NCBI RefSeq assembly: GCF_006345805.1
Contig: NC_043000.1
Coordinates: 67,890,001-67,954,000, forward strand
DNA length: 64,000 nucleotides
Direction: 5' to 3'
DNA from: Octopus sinensis
Taxonomy: Eukaryota
The translations under genes and the position numbers were made by a program. Shown piece after piece: positions 47,996-60,190 of the stretch. The notes beneath the pieces are model-generated. The model saw only the letters and a list, made by a program, of their open reading frames with translations, had not been told where the DNA came from and made no database searches. Position 1 is the stretch's first letter. Every line of letters starts with the position of its first letter.

Positions 47996-49216
47996 TAGTA
48001 TGTACCAAGTCTTCTGGGGGATCGGCAAGCCTTCTGTTTTCTGCAGCACCACCACAATATTCTGGTTGCCGTACTTCGCACTCGGAGGGGAGCCCTGTAG
48101 TGATGCTACAGTGTAGGGTTCGGCGCGCATGCGCAGAATGGGACTACTTCCGGGTGGCCACCGGAAGTCTTCCCCATGCGCATGTGCGGGAAAACATCTC
48201 TCGAGCCCGCGAACCTCAAATCTCTCTCTTCGGCTCAAGACAGCACTGCGATCGGTCACGGTTTTCCTGGCTCTGACAGCCACACACCAGCTTCAACCAA
48301 CTTCAACCAACCTCAACGACCAACACCAGCAATACATCAGAGGCTGTCTATTCCCCCATCAGACAACGTACAACCATGAATCAATAAACCAAGTTGTCTG
48401 TTCACCTTTAACCTGAGTTTCGTCTGTTTGTTTTCTGCAAGAATTTTTGTATGTGACTAGAAAGGATCTCGACACCCTGCCAGTGCTTCGATGATAGATC
48501 CTTTCACGTTACACTCTCTTTACTTCAACTGCAGAAGTATTTAGCTAAAAGTAAATCAGTGTAATTAGTATTCATCGAAGTGGAGAAGGCGTTCATCAGG
48601 GTTCCACACTCCTTGATCTGGTAGTCACTGAGGGAACTAAAGGTAGAGGAAAATCTAGTGAGAACTGTTAGAGCCATGTGCAGGGATGCTGTCAGTACAC
48701 TGAGAGTTAATGTGTACAGTATTGAATTTAGTGTGCTGGTAGTTCACCAGGGTTCGCCTGTCATTCCCCATCTATTTATCATAGTCCTCCAGGCCATAAC
48801 AGAGGATTTTAAGACCAATTGCCCATGGAAACTCCTCTATGCTGATGACATGTTTCTTATAGCTGAAACTGCAGTAGAATTAGAAATAAAATTCCAGGTG
48901 TGAAAACTGAGCCTGAAATCAAAGGGTCTTAAAGTTAACTTAACGAAGACTGGAGTGTTAGGCTGCTGGAAAACAGGATGCCAATCCCGTTAGGTAAATG
49001 ACCCTTTTCGATATTTAGAAGAGGCGTAGGTAGAAATTTTATAAAGTGCACTCAGTGCAAGCTATGAACACATGAGCTGCAGTGGAATCACAGGAAATGT
49101 AACCGAGAAAATAATTTTTGTTTGTGGCTGTTGCGTAGATATAATAAACCCTAAGAGCACACGAGAAGTAGATATTCTAGAATGTTCAGAAGGATCCTCA
49201 GAGCTATTAGTTTCTA

Positions 49217-50099
49217 CAGGGTGGCCCAGAAGTCACGAAGGGGTTTCAATATTTAATAACTTTTAAAATAATTATTCAATTTTTATTTTATTTCAGATTT
49301 ATATGAAGAAGACTCTAAAATTTAAGCGTAGAAAAGTACACTACTGAACAGCGAACACATATATTGTGAAATTTCATTATCAAAATCAAGGATCAATAAT
49401 TCGGATTCAATGAGCATATCGTTGTCATTATGGAGCAATGAATTGTCCAAGTGAATCAATCGTCAAGCGATTAATTTGTTTTGAGGATCAAGGATCAGTA
49501 AGTGACCTTCCAAGAAAAGGCAGACCTCGCTCCGTTAGAAATGAAGCCACGGCCAGGCGTATGGGGGAGAGTATTAAAGAAGACCCGACAACATCAACGC
49601 GAAGACACTCTGGACAAATTGGAGTCTACAGGATATTGCTCTAACGAATTTTAAAAACAATGGAACTTTTACCATATGAAATCCAATTGGTGCAACAGCT
49701 GGAAGAACCAGATTATGCTGCTATATTATGATATGCCACAAGATTCCAAGAATTAGCAAGAGATCTATCTCGTTCTCCAGACTTTTTTCTATGGGATTAT
49801 CTTAAGGAAAAAGTTAATGTCAACAAGCCCCCCACCCAAAAAAAAAATTGCAGACTTAAAAAATAACATTGTTTCAGAAATCAGATCACTGTAGCCACAA
49901 ACGTTAAGGTCTGTTATAGAAAGAGCATGTTTATGCGAATTGGAAAATGGACGCCATTTAAAAGATATCATCTTTCACACCTAGGGAAAAAAATCTCACA
50001 CCCTTTTTTATAATTTACCAACTAAAATATCGCAATTTTTAAACAAAAGAAATGAGATATTAAATATTGAAACTCCTTCGTGACTTCTGGGCCACTCTA
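49217..50099 (+). mobile_element. Internally deleted Tc1/mariner element (DUF4817-type HTH), ~42-bp TIRs, TA TSD
   Basis: cagggtggcccagaagtcacgaaggggtttcaatatttaata pairs with tattaaatattgaaactccttcgtgacttctgggccactcta; TA at 49215-49216 and 50100-50101. FEDQGSVSDLPRKGRPRSVR; PDFFLWDYLKEKV. Confidence 0.85.
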
Positions 50100-50739
50100 T
50101 ATTATCTAGGTGGAGGAAACATTGTTGAAAGTATAGTTGCTAGAATAAGAACTAGCTAAAGAAAATTCAGAGAATAGTTACCTCTGTTGGTAACAAATAG
50201 GCCTATCTCTCAGAGTGAAAGGATGTTTGTACGATGCTTGTGTACAACTAGCAGTGCTAAGTGGTTGTGAAACGGGCTATAAATGCAGAGGACAAACGAA
50301 AACTTGAATGAAATGGGGCTAGCTAGCATGTCCGCTAGAAGTGCATTGTGTCATCAGTGTGTATGTACGACAAAGTGTATATGTTGAAAGAAAAATTGGG
50401 CATAAGAGACATCAGATATGGTGTGCAAGAGACAAAACTGTGCTGGTATGGTCATATGATGCGGAGGATGAGAACAGGTGAATAAAGAAGTGCCGTGGAT
50501 AAAACCTGCGAAAGAGGGAAACCCAAGAAGGTTTCGGATGAACTAGTGAAGACCGACCTCAAGATGTTGAGCCTCACAGAAGAGATGACAAAGAACTGAG
50601 AAGAATGGCAATATGCTGCGCTTGAGAAAACCCGTCCATTTTAGCAAAAACTGTCAAGCTTTCCCTCCACAAGCCATATTCAATGGGGTAAAAAAATTAA
50701 TATTCTTATTGTAAATGTATCAAAAATTGTCGTGGCTGA

Positions 50740-51070
50740 AATATTATCTCAGGAAGGACACTCAGTAGATTTTGTAAGTCACAACTTGATTCAGTCACAA
50801 AAGAATTAGCCAAACATTGAAAAGGTGGCCTATGCAGTAGTAATAGTGTGCAGATACCTTGTAGCACTTTCTTTCAGGAAAGTAATTTTGTTTGGAAACT
50901 ATCAACCTTTAAAAACACTCTTTGTGAAGGATCTAGATGTGTCTCGACGTGCTTCATTTCAAATAGCCAGGTGGGGCATAATTATTTTGCAATATGATTT
51001 CATCATTAAGCATATTCTTAACAAAAGTATTCCACGTGTTGATGCTCTTCTGCCGTTTGACATACAACAG
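50740..51070 (+). mobile_element. LTR-retrotransposon RNase H fragment
   Basis: IEKVAYAVV..CRYL...YQPLK.LF...ARWGIIILQYDFIIKHI..KSIPRVDALL (~EKEALA...RW.L.L..YDF.I.Y..G..IPHADALSR). Confidence 0.55.
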
Positions 51071-52657
51071 AAATAATGGTAATGGTATATAACTTTCTTA
51101 CTTTCATCTTTACAAAAATATACTAATTCTTAGCAGGATATTGATTCCTTACTGATTCAAAACATTCACAAACAATTGGATACCAATAAAGGAAAGAATA
51201 CAACAATAAAATAAGGAATCAGTTTCGAATTTGGAGGAATCATTTTCTAAGGAGTTTTTTATGTGTGAAAATAGTTAATCATAAAAATCGCCCATTTTTT
51301 CTACCTCCTTATAGAGCCTCGATATTGACTAGAATACATGACACTGATATAGACAAATGACTAAGAAAGCACGATTCTATGTTTAGTATTGGCCCGTCGG
51401 CAGACTTTGGTGCCTGGGGTTGTTTCAGAATATTCTTGGCGGGCACTAATTAGTATTGCGAGAAGATTTTTGGAAACTGCATTTTCTAAATTTGAGGGTG
51501 TAGTGCCGTCCAGTGCCCCTACCCACCACCTTAGCGACAAGCATGGTTTGGCTTACTCCATTGAAAAATTTATTAAATACTGTGACAGTCAAATGTTTAG
51601 ACCGCGTCTAATAAAAGAATGATACACGACCTGTTTGTGAACCCTGGGAATTTGCCCGTGTGGATTTAGGTATATGTCCCAAATATTGGTAGCATTGTAG
51701 TCATCGCAGATTCATCTGTGTTCATTAATTAACATTCGACATGGTTGAACAATCAATCCCAACCACTCGGGATTCACAGTACGGGTTGTACTGTTCATCC
51801 TTTCGATCGCTGAATATAAAACGTGTCTCGCAAGACCTTCCTCCTTTCGGCTGACTTTCTTGAGTCAACACCTCACGCTCGTACACCAATCTGTTACACG
51901 GTCACCCACTTATAGCCGAGTGGACTGAAGCAGCGTGAAACGAAGTTTTTTGCGTTCATTTGAAATTCAAAACCATCTTAATTTCTTTAAAGATGAAAGG
52001 TTGTTTACCTTTTTCTCAACACTCACAACTCAACTCTAATGAGAAATACTACTCTAAACTATTCAATTTTTATAATGAAGTTGGATCCACCAACTTCATT
52101 ATAGCAGTTGGAGCCACCAAATATTTTAATTGTATCTGGATGTAGTGATGATATGAAACACGCTGAAGACCCTCATCATTACCTCTGGAATGTACTTAAG
52201 TTTGTCACTGCTAACACATTTTTCAAATAAAAACTATCTCTAGTGCAATTCATCAAGTTCATCTACTTTTAGACGTATGGCATGGTAAGCGTTAATTGTC
52301 TATGATACCACTTCCACTTTTTGCAGTCAAAATAACTTTTTGACCTGGAAAACACAAAAGCGTCAGTCAATGTACACATAAACTGTTAATTACGATATTT
52401 TGCTTATGGAACAAAATACAAAATCTTTTTTAAATATAACTTGATCTTCCTCTTCAGGAAATTACTGGATATGGTTTAATTTTAATTTGTAAGTGTATAT
52501 ATAAAAATAAATGATTAAAAAATACAGTTACTGAAAGCCTACAAGTAAGAACCGGAACTTGAAAAATTAGAAGGTCACTTCCTCTACAGATATTTCCCAT
52601 CATTCCATCTATTTGACACCTTATCTATTTTATTGAGTTAAATTACGAAGCTTTAAT

Positions 52658-52673
52658 ATGCCAAAGAATAAAG
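52658..52673 (+). CDS. EIF1A: Eukaryotic translation initiation factor 1A, coding exon 1 (MPKNK-G)
   Basis: ATGCCAAAGAATAAAG|gtaag, 16 nt, phase 1; same size as vertebrate EIF1AX coding exon 1. Confidence 0.9.
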
Positions 52674-54949
52674 GTAAGACATCAAATCTATTTTATATAA
52701 TTTGTACATTTTATTTTTTAAAAAAATCAATTTAATTAGCAATATGGATTAGTACTTTTACTCTCCTTTAGTATTTCCTGGTTGCTTCTAGGGTCGCCTT
52801 ACTTCGCCATATCAATTTCTCATCTTATGCAACAAATATTTCTTTAGAATAATTAATATATAAATAACTCTTTGCTCCGTCACGTACATTATTCATTTTG
52901 CAAATAGAAGAAAAAATATCAGCTTGTTTATAACTAATTTTCATTAGCGTATTTCTAAATGTAAAACAACAGCATCCAGAAGCCATATTGCACTTTATTT
53001 TTAAAACTTATTTCAGATAACATGTGCTTTGCTTCAGGATTTAAATCGACATTTGGAAAAATGCTCTCTTTAATCTTCACAACTTATATTTTCATTTGAT
53101 ATCAACGAACATTTTCTGTTTGTGTAAATTATTTTGTGTTCAACTGTTGCTAGAAGTTTATAATTTTTATTACTACAATTATTCGTTGTCTATTAATTAC
53201 GACGTATGAAATTTAAATTTGCAATATATTCCTGAGAGTTAGGCTAAAGTGTCAGTAATTCACGTTTTCTTTATACAGTCAACTAGAGGGTATTGGAAAC
53301 TACTATAGTTACCAAAATGATTTGTGGTATTTATTTCAGCACCCTGTCATTTTTAGTTCAATTATTGCACTCGATTATAATTAACTGAGTACATTATATG
53401 GACCAATAAAATCTAATGACTAAAATTTATTTCAGGATATCAATTCCGCCGATGATCAAACTTCATAAAATCCTTACTTAAATTAGTTGATCTCGTAACT
53501 GGATTTTATATTTTGAAATAATTCTAAGTTATAGACAATAAAATTTTAGCTTCTGAAGAAGTTTTTGAACTGTTTACTTCATCTAATTTGGTAAATCATA
53601 TTCATAATCCATGTGATGTCGGATGAATCAGTGTCATGTTTATGAACACTTGCTATTTTTGATTAAACTCACTTAGAGACGCTTCTTCGTTATTATCCGA
53701 CACAGACTGACATTTCAAATTATAATTTACGGAAAATTCAAGTAGAAACTATGGACAGTTATCTTACGGTAGAAATGTTGAAGTAAACAGGATTTTCCCA
53801 TGGAATATAACACATGAGGTGAAATGAGTAAATCCAAGCCATATTGTGGAGATGGCAGACGTTGGCGATACCACCGAAAAGAAATATCCTTGGGAAAAGT
53901 AAGTTAAGATTGGAAAAAAATAGAGATATTCATGCGAGTACATTTTTTGAATTCATTTTTGATGTGCGGTAAAGTAATAAACGTAGAAGCGCCCTCTAAG
54001 GTTCAATTCACGTTCTTAACGACTATTCTAAAATGCCCATAAAGGGTCCACTTTTTTTAAGTAGTACCGATCCTCTCCCATGCCTCCCTCGCGGGTGATA
54101 TTTTATCCACTGACGACGAAGGACCCTATAAAGTCAATGATAAAAAAGAATAGCAAAACAAATCGATAATTATAAGTTGATTGCTTATAAAATATTTGGT
54201 ACCTTTTTGAAGTAAAGAGTCCGTACCTATGCGCCTACGTAATAATAGATTGAACTGTTATTGTCCAAAAGATTTTCTTCTACATTTTTGCCGCGAATTG
54301 TGTGCTTTTTTTCTTGTAAACTTTTACAATTTACCGAAATAACAGCCAAATCTTACTTCAGCCACAGTGCTGTCTACAGAAAGGAGTGCACATTGGAAGA
54401 TGTAATTGCACATCCAATGTTTGGTTGGAAGGTTGGATATTGACTTCAGACAGTATTTGCTAGAATATCTGAAGGAAACAGGTGGTCGAAATTCTTCTCT
54501 ATCAGGGCTGACTTGAGTCTAAAGAAAAACTGATAAAAGGAGTCCAAAAATGTCCCTATCAATATTCATTTTGTGCACTGGAGGTCTGCTATTGACAAAT
54601 GTGCTCTACTTAAACCAGATCAGATGTATGCAGATTTTATCGTTAAAATATGCTTTTTCTTATCTCTGATTCTCAACATAAAATTATTTTTTATAGTTTG
54701 ACGAGCTACTTTTGTATCAATTTAGCTGTCTAGAATAAATAATAAGGAAAGCTGAGTCAGTACATTCTTCCAGAATACTTTGGAGAGAAGAAGGTTATTC
54801 TGCTCTGGAAATGTATAAAAAATTGTATATTATAACTGCAAATTTTCCGAACCAGTCCAATGAAAGCTGCAAGTCAGAGGATATTGAGTCTTTATGTCAC
54901 GTTTTGTACCAAACGTAACTAGTGTCACCTAGTGAAAATTTCTCCTGGA

Positions 54950-55175
54950 GCTGTGGTCCTGAACCTTTTTTTTTGCCTAGGGACCTATTTAATTCCTATT
55001 ATTCTACTGTCCCTCCTCCCATATTAAAAATCTTATATATTTGTAATTCAATATTACTGGGAATTACATAAAAAAAAAATTGTTGAAATACTTTGTATTG
55101 TAGAAAAGTAACCAATTTTTTGCTCAAAAGCTTTAACAAAATCTTATATGGACCCCGGTTGAAAACCATTGCCCT
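54950..55175. mobile_element. hAT/Charlie-type MITE, degraded
   Basis: ctgtggtcctgaacctttttt ... ggaccccggttgaaaaccattg (cagtggtt.tcaacc-type ends). Confidence 0.5.
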
Positions 55176-56539
55176 AGAGCCAAAAGGATCACTGAAAATT
55201 TTTTTCATCCTTGTGCAAATCGAAGGTTAGTTTTTCCTGCTTGAAAAACACCTACCCCATTGAACAAGGTTGAGTAGTGAGAAAGTGATGAAGATTCGTC
55301 ACATTCATTATGTTGCTGCTAGTATAAGAAATTCAAGGATCAAATACTGTTGCTTTATCTGCGTTTCGTTTTTTTTATTTAATGTCACACTCACCATTCA
55401 AATGCAAAACACCCCAGTGGTAGATTTTGACACACAATACCTTTTGTGATTATTTAACTTCCTCTAAAATTTGAGTAACCTTCTTTAGATGATTCCTTTT
55501 TTGAAACGTCTTTTCCTTAAAATTTGTGTTGTATATCTAAAAAGATTTTTCGTGTTTATTTACTGTTAGAAATTGCATATCAATTTTCCGCGCTATATGA
55601 GTATAGTAATTTGTAACTCCTCCTCCTAACTTCTTAATAAAGGGAGTTAATTTAAGATTTCTAACGTCAGTCGTAAGACGCATAAGAATTTTAGAAAATG
55701 TTTGTTAAAAATTGTCAGTTCATCTTTTAAAAACAAAGCTTTTGCAAAAGATAATTTCTTCTAAAAGTTACTGCAATATTCGTCATTTATTTAAAAAATG
55801 TTTGTTAGTTCTGGGTACAAATTCCCTCAGGACCAACTTTTCCTTTTGTTCCCTTGGGATCGACTAAATGAAAAACTGATGTAGATTTCACCCCCCCCCC
55901 CCGACAAATGAACAAAACGGTATTTAATTTCCGTTTCTTAGTTTTATGTCCGCATTTCATTGGGTAAACTTAAACCTTTCATTCTTTCCCGGGTTGATAA
56001 CAGTTAAGTTCTAGGATCAATTAAATATTAACTGTAGCACTCTTGAAATTTCTGGTCATATGCCGGAAGCTGGCATCAGTGACAACCAGCTTATATAGCT
56101 ATACCCTCAAATAAAATGTTGAATATTTTCCTGCTATGTGTTGCAATGTATAGTCCGTTCTGTCTTCAAAAAGAAATTTTTGTCTGTACAATTTTTGAGC
56201 AACATAGTTTTAAAATAAAATAAAAGATTCTTTTTTATTTGAAAGCTGTATGGATGGACTGTATTTAACATAAGGTCTGATGACTGCCGACTGTTTTAAA
56301 AGTGAAGAGTGGCAAGTGGATAAAAAACATTTAGTAGGATCTGTAAGGGAAGCCTGAACTAGTAAGGTGCTCTAATAGAAGATAGGAATCAGTATTTTTC
56401 ACACGAAATATTAGTGATGGATAGGACCCTAAATGGCAGAATTGTTCATCATACTGGATACTTTCCGTGTTGAAGCTCCTAGGAGCTTGTTCACAGGTCC
56501 TTTTCCACTCGTACAATTAATTTGTCGTGTATAGTACAA

Positions 56540-57375
56540 CACTTTGACAGTTACAGCTAATAGTAGCAGACACGGTCAAATTTTGCTGGAAGCTCCCTCC
56601 AGTGTGCGTCAAGCTTGTTCTTGAAGGCATTGACTGATGGAGCTGCAACCATACTATTTGGCAAACTGTTGAACCTGCAGTGTGATCTTTCTAATTTCAG
56701 GCTGTGTCCTTGTATTTCTGCCTTGGAAGTAGTTGAATTGGGGGCAGTTGGTCAGGTACAGGTCGTGCGTATACTTATACATGTTGATCATATCCCTGTT
56801 TGAGACTAGGCAGGTTTAGTGCAGCCAAGCGCTCTGGGTATGGCTTTTCTTTCAATGATGCAGTGAGTTTGGTGGCACACCGCTGAACATCCTCCAACTT
56901 GCAACACATTGCCTTATGCCGGGGTTGCCAAACTATGTGTCTATATTCAAGAATCAGGCGAACTAGAGACTTGTACAGCTGGACGAAGACAACAAGGGTA
57001 ATGAAGTCAAATGATTGGCAGATAACTCCAAGGATTCAATTTGCTTTTGCAGTTGCTTGGTTTATATGGTTCCTGAAGGTCAGCCCTTTGTCGATCAAGA
57101 TGCCAAGATCCCCCTCTACTTCACTTCCTGCTAGCTCCACCACAGTCCATTCTCCTTGTGCATCCTGGCCTCTTATGTAGTATTTCTTGTCTGTCTTTGG
57201 GTTCCCCACTCTCAAGACTGAACACTTCTCAGGATGGAACCACATTTGCCAGTTTGACCACTCATGGAGGCGATCCAGGTCGTCTTGCAGTGTTGCCATG
57301 GTCACATTGTCATTCCTTGCGAAGATCTTTGTGTCGTCAGCAAATAACCTGAAGTGGCTCTGGACATGCTGAGGT
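56540..57375 (-). mobile_element. CR1-clade LINE 3' fragment (RT C-terminal half)
   Basis: RLFADDTKIF...LQDDLDRLHEW..WQM.FHPEKCSVL...DLGILID..LTF..HI...TAKAN; NSLPNSMVAAPSVNAFKNKLDAHW. Confidence 0.85.
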
Positions 57376-57532
57376 AGAGTGTTTATATACAAGTGTAGTG
57401 GTATGGAGTTTCTTAACAGTAAAAAGTTCTACCAACCAGCTATATCATATATGTAGATAGTTTCACTACTGAATGAAAAGGTTTTATCTTTTAATGTGTG
57501 ACAACAAAACTGGCAATCTCTACTATTTCAAA

Positions 57533-58376
57533 CTAGCAGAATTGCCCGGCGTTGCTCGGGGCTGAATTGCTTGAAAGTACTGTTAATGATTGCACTGAAT
57601 TATGATGATTATTCAGGCAAATATTGATATAAGTTTACGGTGGGAGATAAGGACTTAACGATCAAACGTGTGCCATTGCATTGTTTTGGGGGAATCAAAT
57701 TTCTGATGAGCATTATAGGGGCACCAACTTTAAGTTTGAGAATGTGTGGTGGTAGTCCGGGGTGCTCAAAGGAATTGAGTACCTCTATTGGATAGTTGAT
57801 GACGTCCTCTGGGTGAGGAGTTGTATCGATAGACTGATATACATAGACTTCCCCAGGAATGAGTTTTAGCATTTCATCATTAATATGGTGAACAGTTTTA
57901 TTCCTTGGGGCCAGTATAGCCTTTTGGCCAATCCAATCCATATTCTGATAATTAGCTTGTAGATCTGGGAACACTGCATCTCTGAGATCAGAAGGCGTCT
58001 TAACAATGGTACAAATGGAATCGATGGCAATATTACCATTTTCATCCCCTGGTATTTTGCCTTCGTCAAGTGCAAGGAGGGTGTGAGGAAATGCTGCTGA
58101 TGTGATATTACGTCGCATATGAGCACGCATATTGGTGTGAAGTTTGAGAGTTACTTCCCTTTATTAAAAAAAATATGCATTAAAATGGAAAAAAATGATG
58201 GTAAATTATTTGTAAAATCGTAGCCTCATCGTAGACGTGCGCTAATACCCAGAAGGGCTCGATATGAATCACGACTATAAGATACCCGGTTTTGGTTAAA
58301 CTGCATCGCGAAATGTGGGAGTAAGGAATCTAAATCGGAGTAGACAGACACACAACCTTTCTTTTATATATAAAGA
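57533..58376 (-). mobile_element. Non-autonomous Helitron carrying a Pif1-helicase fragment (ORF 57609-58130)
   Basis: Minus strand: A|TC 5' end (58376), 3' hairpin cccgagcaacgccggg then CTAG|T (57533), AT target. AILAPRN..INDEML..YPIEVLNS...GLPPHILKLKVGAPIMLIRNL..CNGTRLIV. Confidence 0.85.
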
Positions 58377-58377
58377 T

Positions 58378-58935
58378 TTTCGTCGTAAAAAACTTTGTAT
58401 GGAGTGAATGGTTACCTCTATGGAAATATATACACACACATTATACATACATGTGTGTATAGATGAATATATAAATACATTTAAATATCTATATACACTT
58501 TTGGGCGATCTTTCTGCTTCTTAGAGATAACTTTAGATCTTATTTTCGTCCTAAAAAACTTTGTATGGAGTGAATGGTTACCTCTATGGAAATATATACA
58601 CACACGTTATACGTACATGTGTACATAGATGAATATATAAATACATTTACATGTGTGTATAGATGAATATATAAATACATTTAAATATCTATATACACTT
58701 TTGGGCGATCTTTCTGCTTCTTAGAGATAACTTTAGATCTTATTTTCGTCCTAAAAAACTTTGTATGGAGTGAATGGTTACCTGTATGGAAATATATACA
58801 CACACGTTATACATACATGTTTGCATAGATGAATATATAAATACATTTATATATCTATATACACTTTTGGGTGATCTTTCTGCTACTTGGATATACTTTA
58901 GATCTTATATTTGTCCTAAAAAACTTTGTATGAAT
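58378..58935 (+). repeat. Tandem repeat, ~3.3 units of ~166 bp (middle unit 200 bp)
   Basis: aaaaaactttgtatg at 58387, 58553, 58753 and 58918. Confidence 0.9.
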
Positions 58936-59167
58936 TGAAATTTTTAAGAAAGGAATTTGTTTACATACATGTGTGAAATGGCAAATGTTTGTGCAGTTGT
59001 CCGAAATGGAACCAGGGTAAATGTGTGGAACTGATGTATTATAATGAATAGTCCTTGTTGTGAATATTAATTTGATTAATATGAACTGAAAACCAGTGGT
59101 GTAGCAAATAAGACCATAGGTGATCTTGTAGCAAAAAGGATGACCATTCTGAATGGCTCATTCCTGT

Positions 59168-59202
<35 letters not shown>

Positions 59203-59284
59203 CCTCACACACACACTCACACAGACACACACGTTAGCTTACAATGTCTGTCAACAATTGACACTGTTGTATATATTAGCGTGT

Positions 59285-59848
59285 CTATGTGTCTAAAGAG
59301 GAAGTGGGAGTAATAGGCAGAGTAAAGGCTTCAAAGTGAAAGAGTGAAAAGTTAAAATATTGAGTTTTCTCGAATTTTGTCTTAATTGGGGGTGAAATTG
59401 AAAGAAATTTTGTATGGCATGACCGAATGGAAGTACTTGTAAAAATCATAGGTAAACTGTAATTGAAGAAATTGTGTGAGGAGTAAATCGTTATGTATTT
59501 ATTTGTTTCTGTTTGCTGTTTTTTTTTTTTTTGAGTAGTGTTGTAAGGTACACTTGCAAAGTGAAAGTAGGAGAAATTAGGGTGATAGCATGAGTGAAGC
59601 AGTTCGCTCCGTTTGTGTGTGTGTGCTGTAGCACACACTAAGAAAAGCACTTCACTTACACACCACAATGTGAGTTTTCTCGAAATTTTGCTTAATTGGG
59701 GGTGAAATTTGAAAATCTGTACCTGGCACGACCCGATGTATTCTACTCTTAAAAATGCTAGGTAAATTATAATTGAAGAAATCCTATATTGTAGATTTCT
59801 ATAAGAGACAAAGGGAGGCAGATAAAATCTGCCTTTTATAATAAGAGA
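59285..59848 (-). mobile_element. Second Helitron-like element, 5' part
   Basis: Minus A|TCTCTTATTATAAAAGGCAG terminus with subterminal hairpin aggcagat-aaa-atctgcct; internal direct repeat gagttttctcgaa..ttaattgggggtgaaatt. 3' end not located. Confidence 0.45.
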
Positions 59849-59939
59849 TTATTAAAAATTAGTTATTTTCTTATTTTGTTTATTTCTTTGAAGATTAAAA
59901 TAATTGGCAGACTTGATCAAATACAATAATTATTTACAT

Positions 59940-60190
59940 AGTTGCAGATGTGGTGATAGGGTAAGAAGATTGCTTCCCAACCATATAGTTCCAGGTTCAG
60001 TCTCACTGAGTGACACCTTGAAGATGTCTTCCACTAAAACTCCAGGCTGACCAAAGCCTTGTAAGGGGATTTGGTAGATGGAAACTGAAAGAAGCCAGTC
60101 TTATATGTATGTGTTATTGTCTCCTGGCTTTGATATTGTGTGATAATTGTGAGTGAATATCACTATCATGCAAGCAGTATCCTTCATTTC
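59940..60190 (+). mobile_element. tRNA-derived SINE (same family as 41267)
   Basis: gtggtgatagggtaagaagattgcttcccaacca..ccaggttcagtctcactg..ccaaagccttgtaaggggatttggtagatggaaactgaaagaagcc. Confidence 0.65.

Larger units (their letters stand above)
43473..48513 (+). mobile_element. Ty3/Gypsy LTR retrotransposon, CsRn1/Kabuki-like, recent insertion
   Basis: 418-bp LTRs TG...CA (43473-43890, 48096-48513), identical by eye. TSD CTCT at 43469-43472 and 48514-48517. PBS TGGTGACCCC (tRNA-Trp 3' end) at 43893-43902; PPT ggaggggagccc at 48084-48095; gag-PR-RT-RH-INT order. Confidence 0.95.
42740..50640 (+). mobile_element. Old RTE-LINE remnant split by three later insertions (43172-43363, 43473-48513, 49217-50099)
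   Basis: Collinear with the 22193 copy: LLNEENEW..LPNV.PT (~42930), EMQF..GKSTT (~43430), EKAF..VP (~48590), LLYADD (~48840), YL..GG..ESIVARIR (~50110), RGKPKK (~50515). Confidence 0.75.

Noticed and set aside
53791-53898. Candidate exon in eIF1A intron 1 ending at a strong AA|gtaagt donor (MADVGDTTEKKYPWE...)
   Set aside because: No recognisable protein. The ATG frame is out of phase with exon 2. The only nearby acceptor lacks a pyrimidine tract and gives an early stop. It needs RNA-seq to rescue.
57609-58130. Host PIF1 helicase gene
   Set aside because: A fragment only, enclosed by Helitron termini, with no splice structure.
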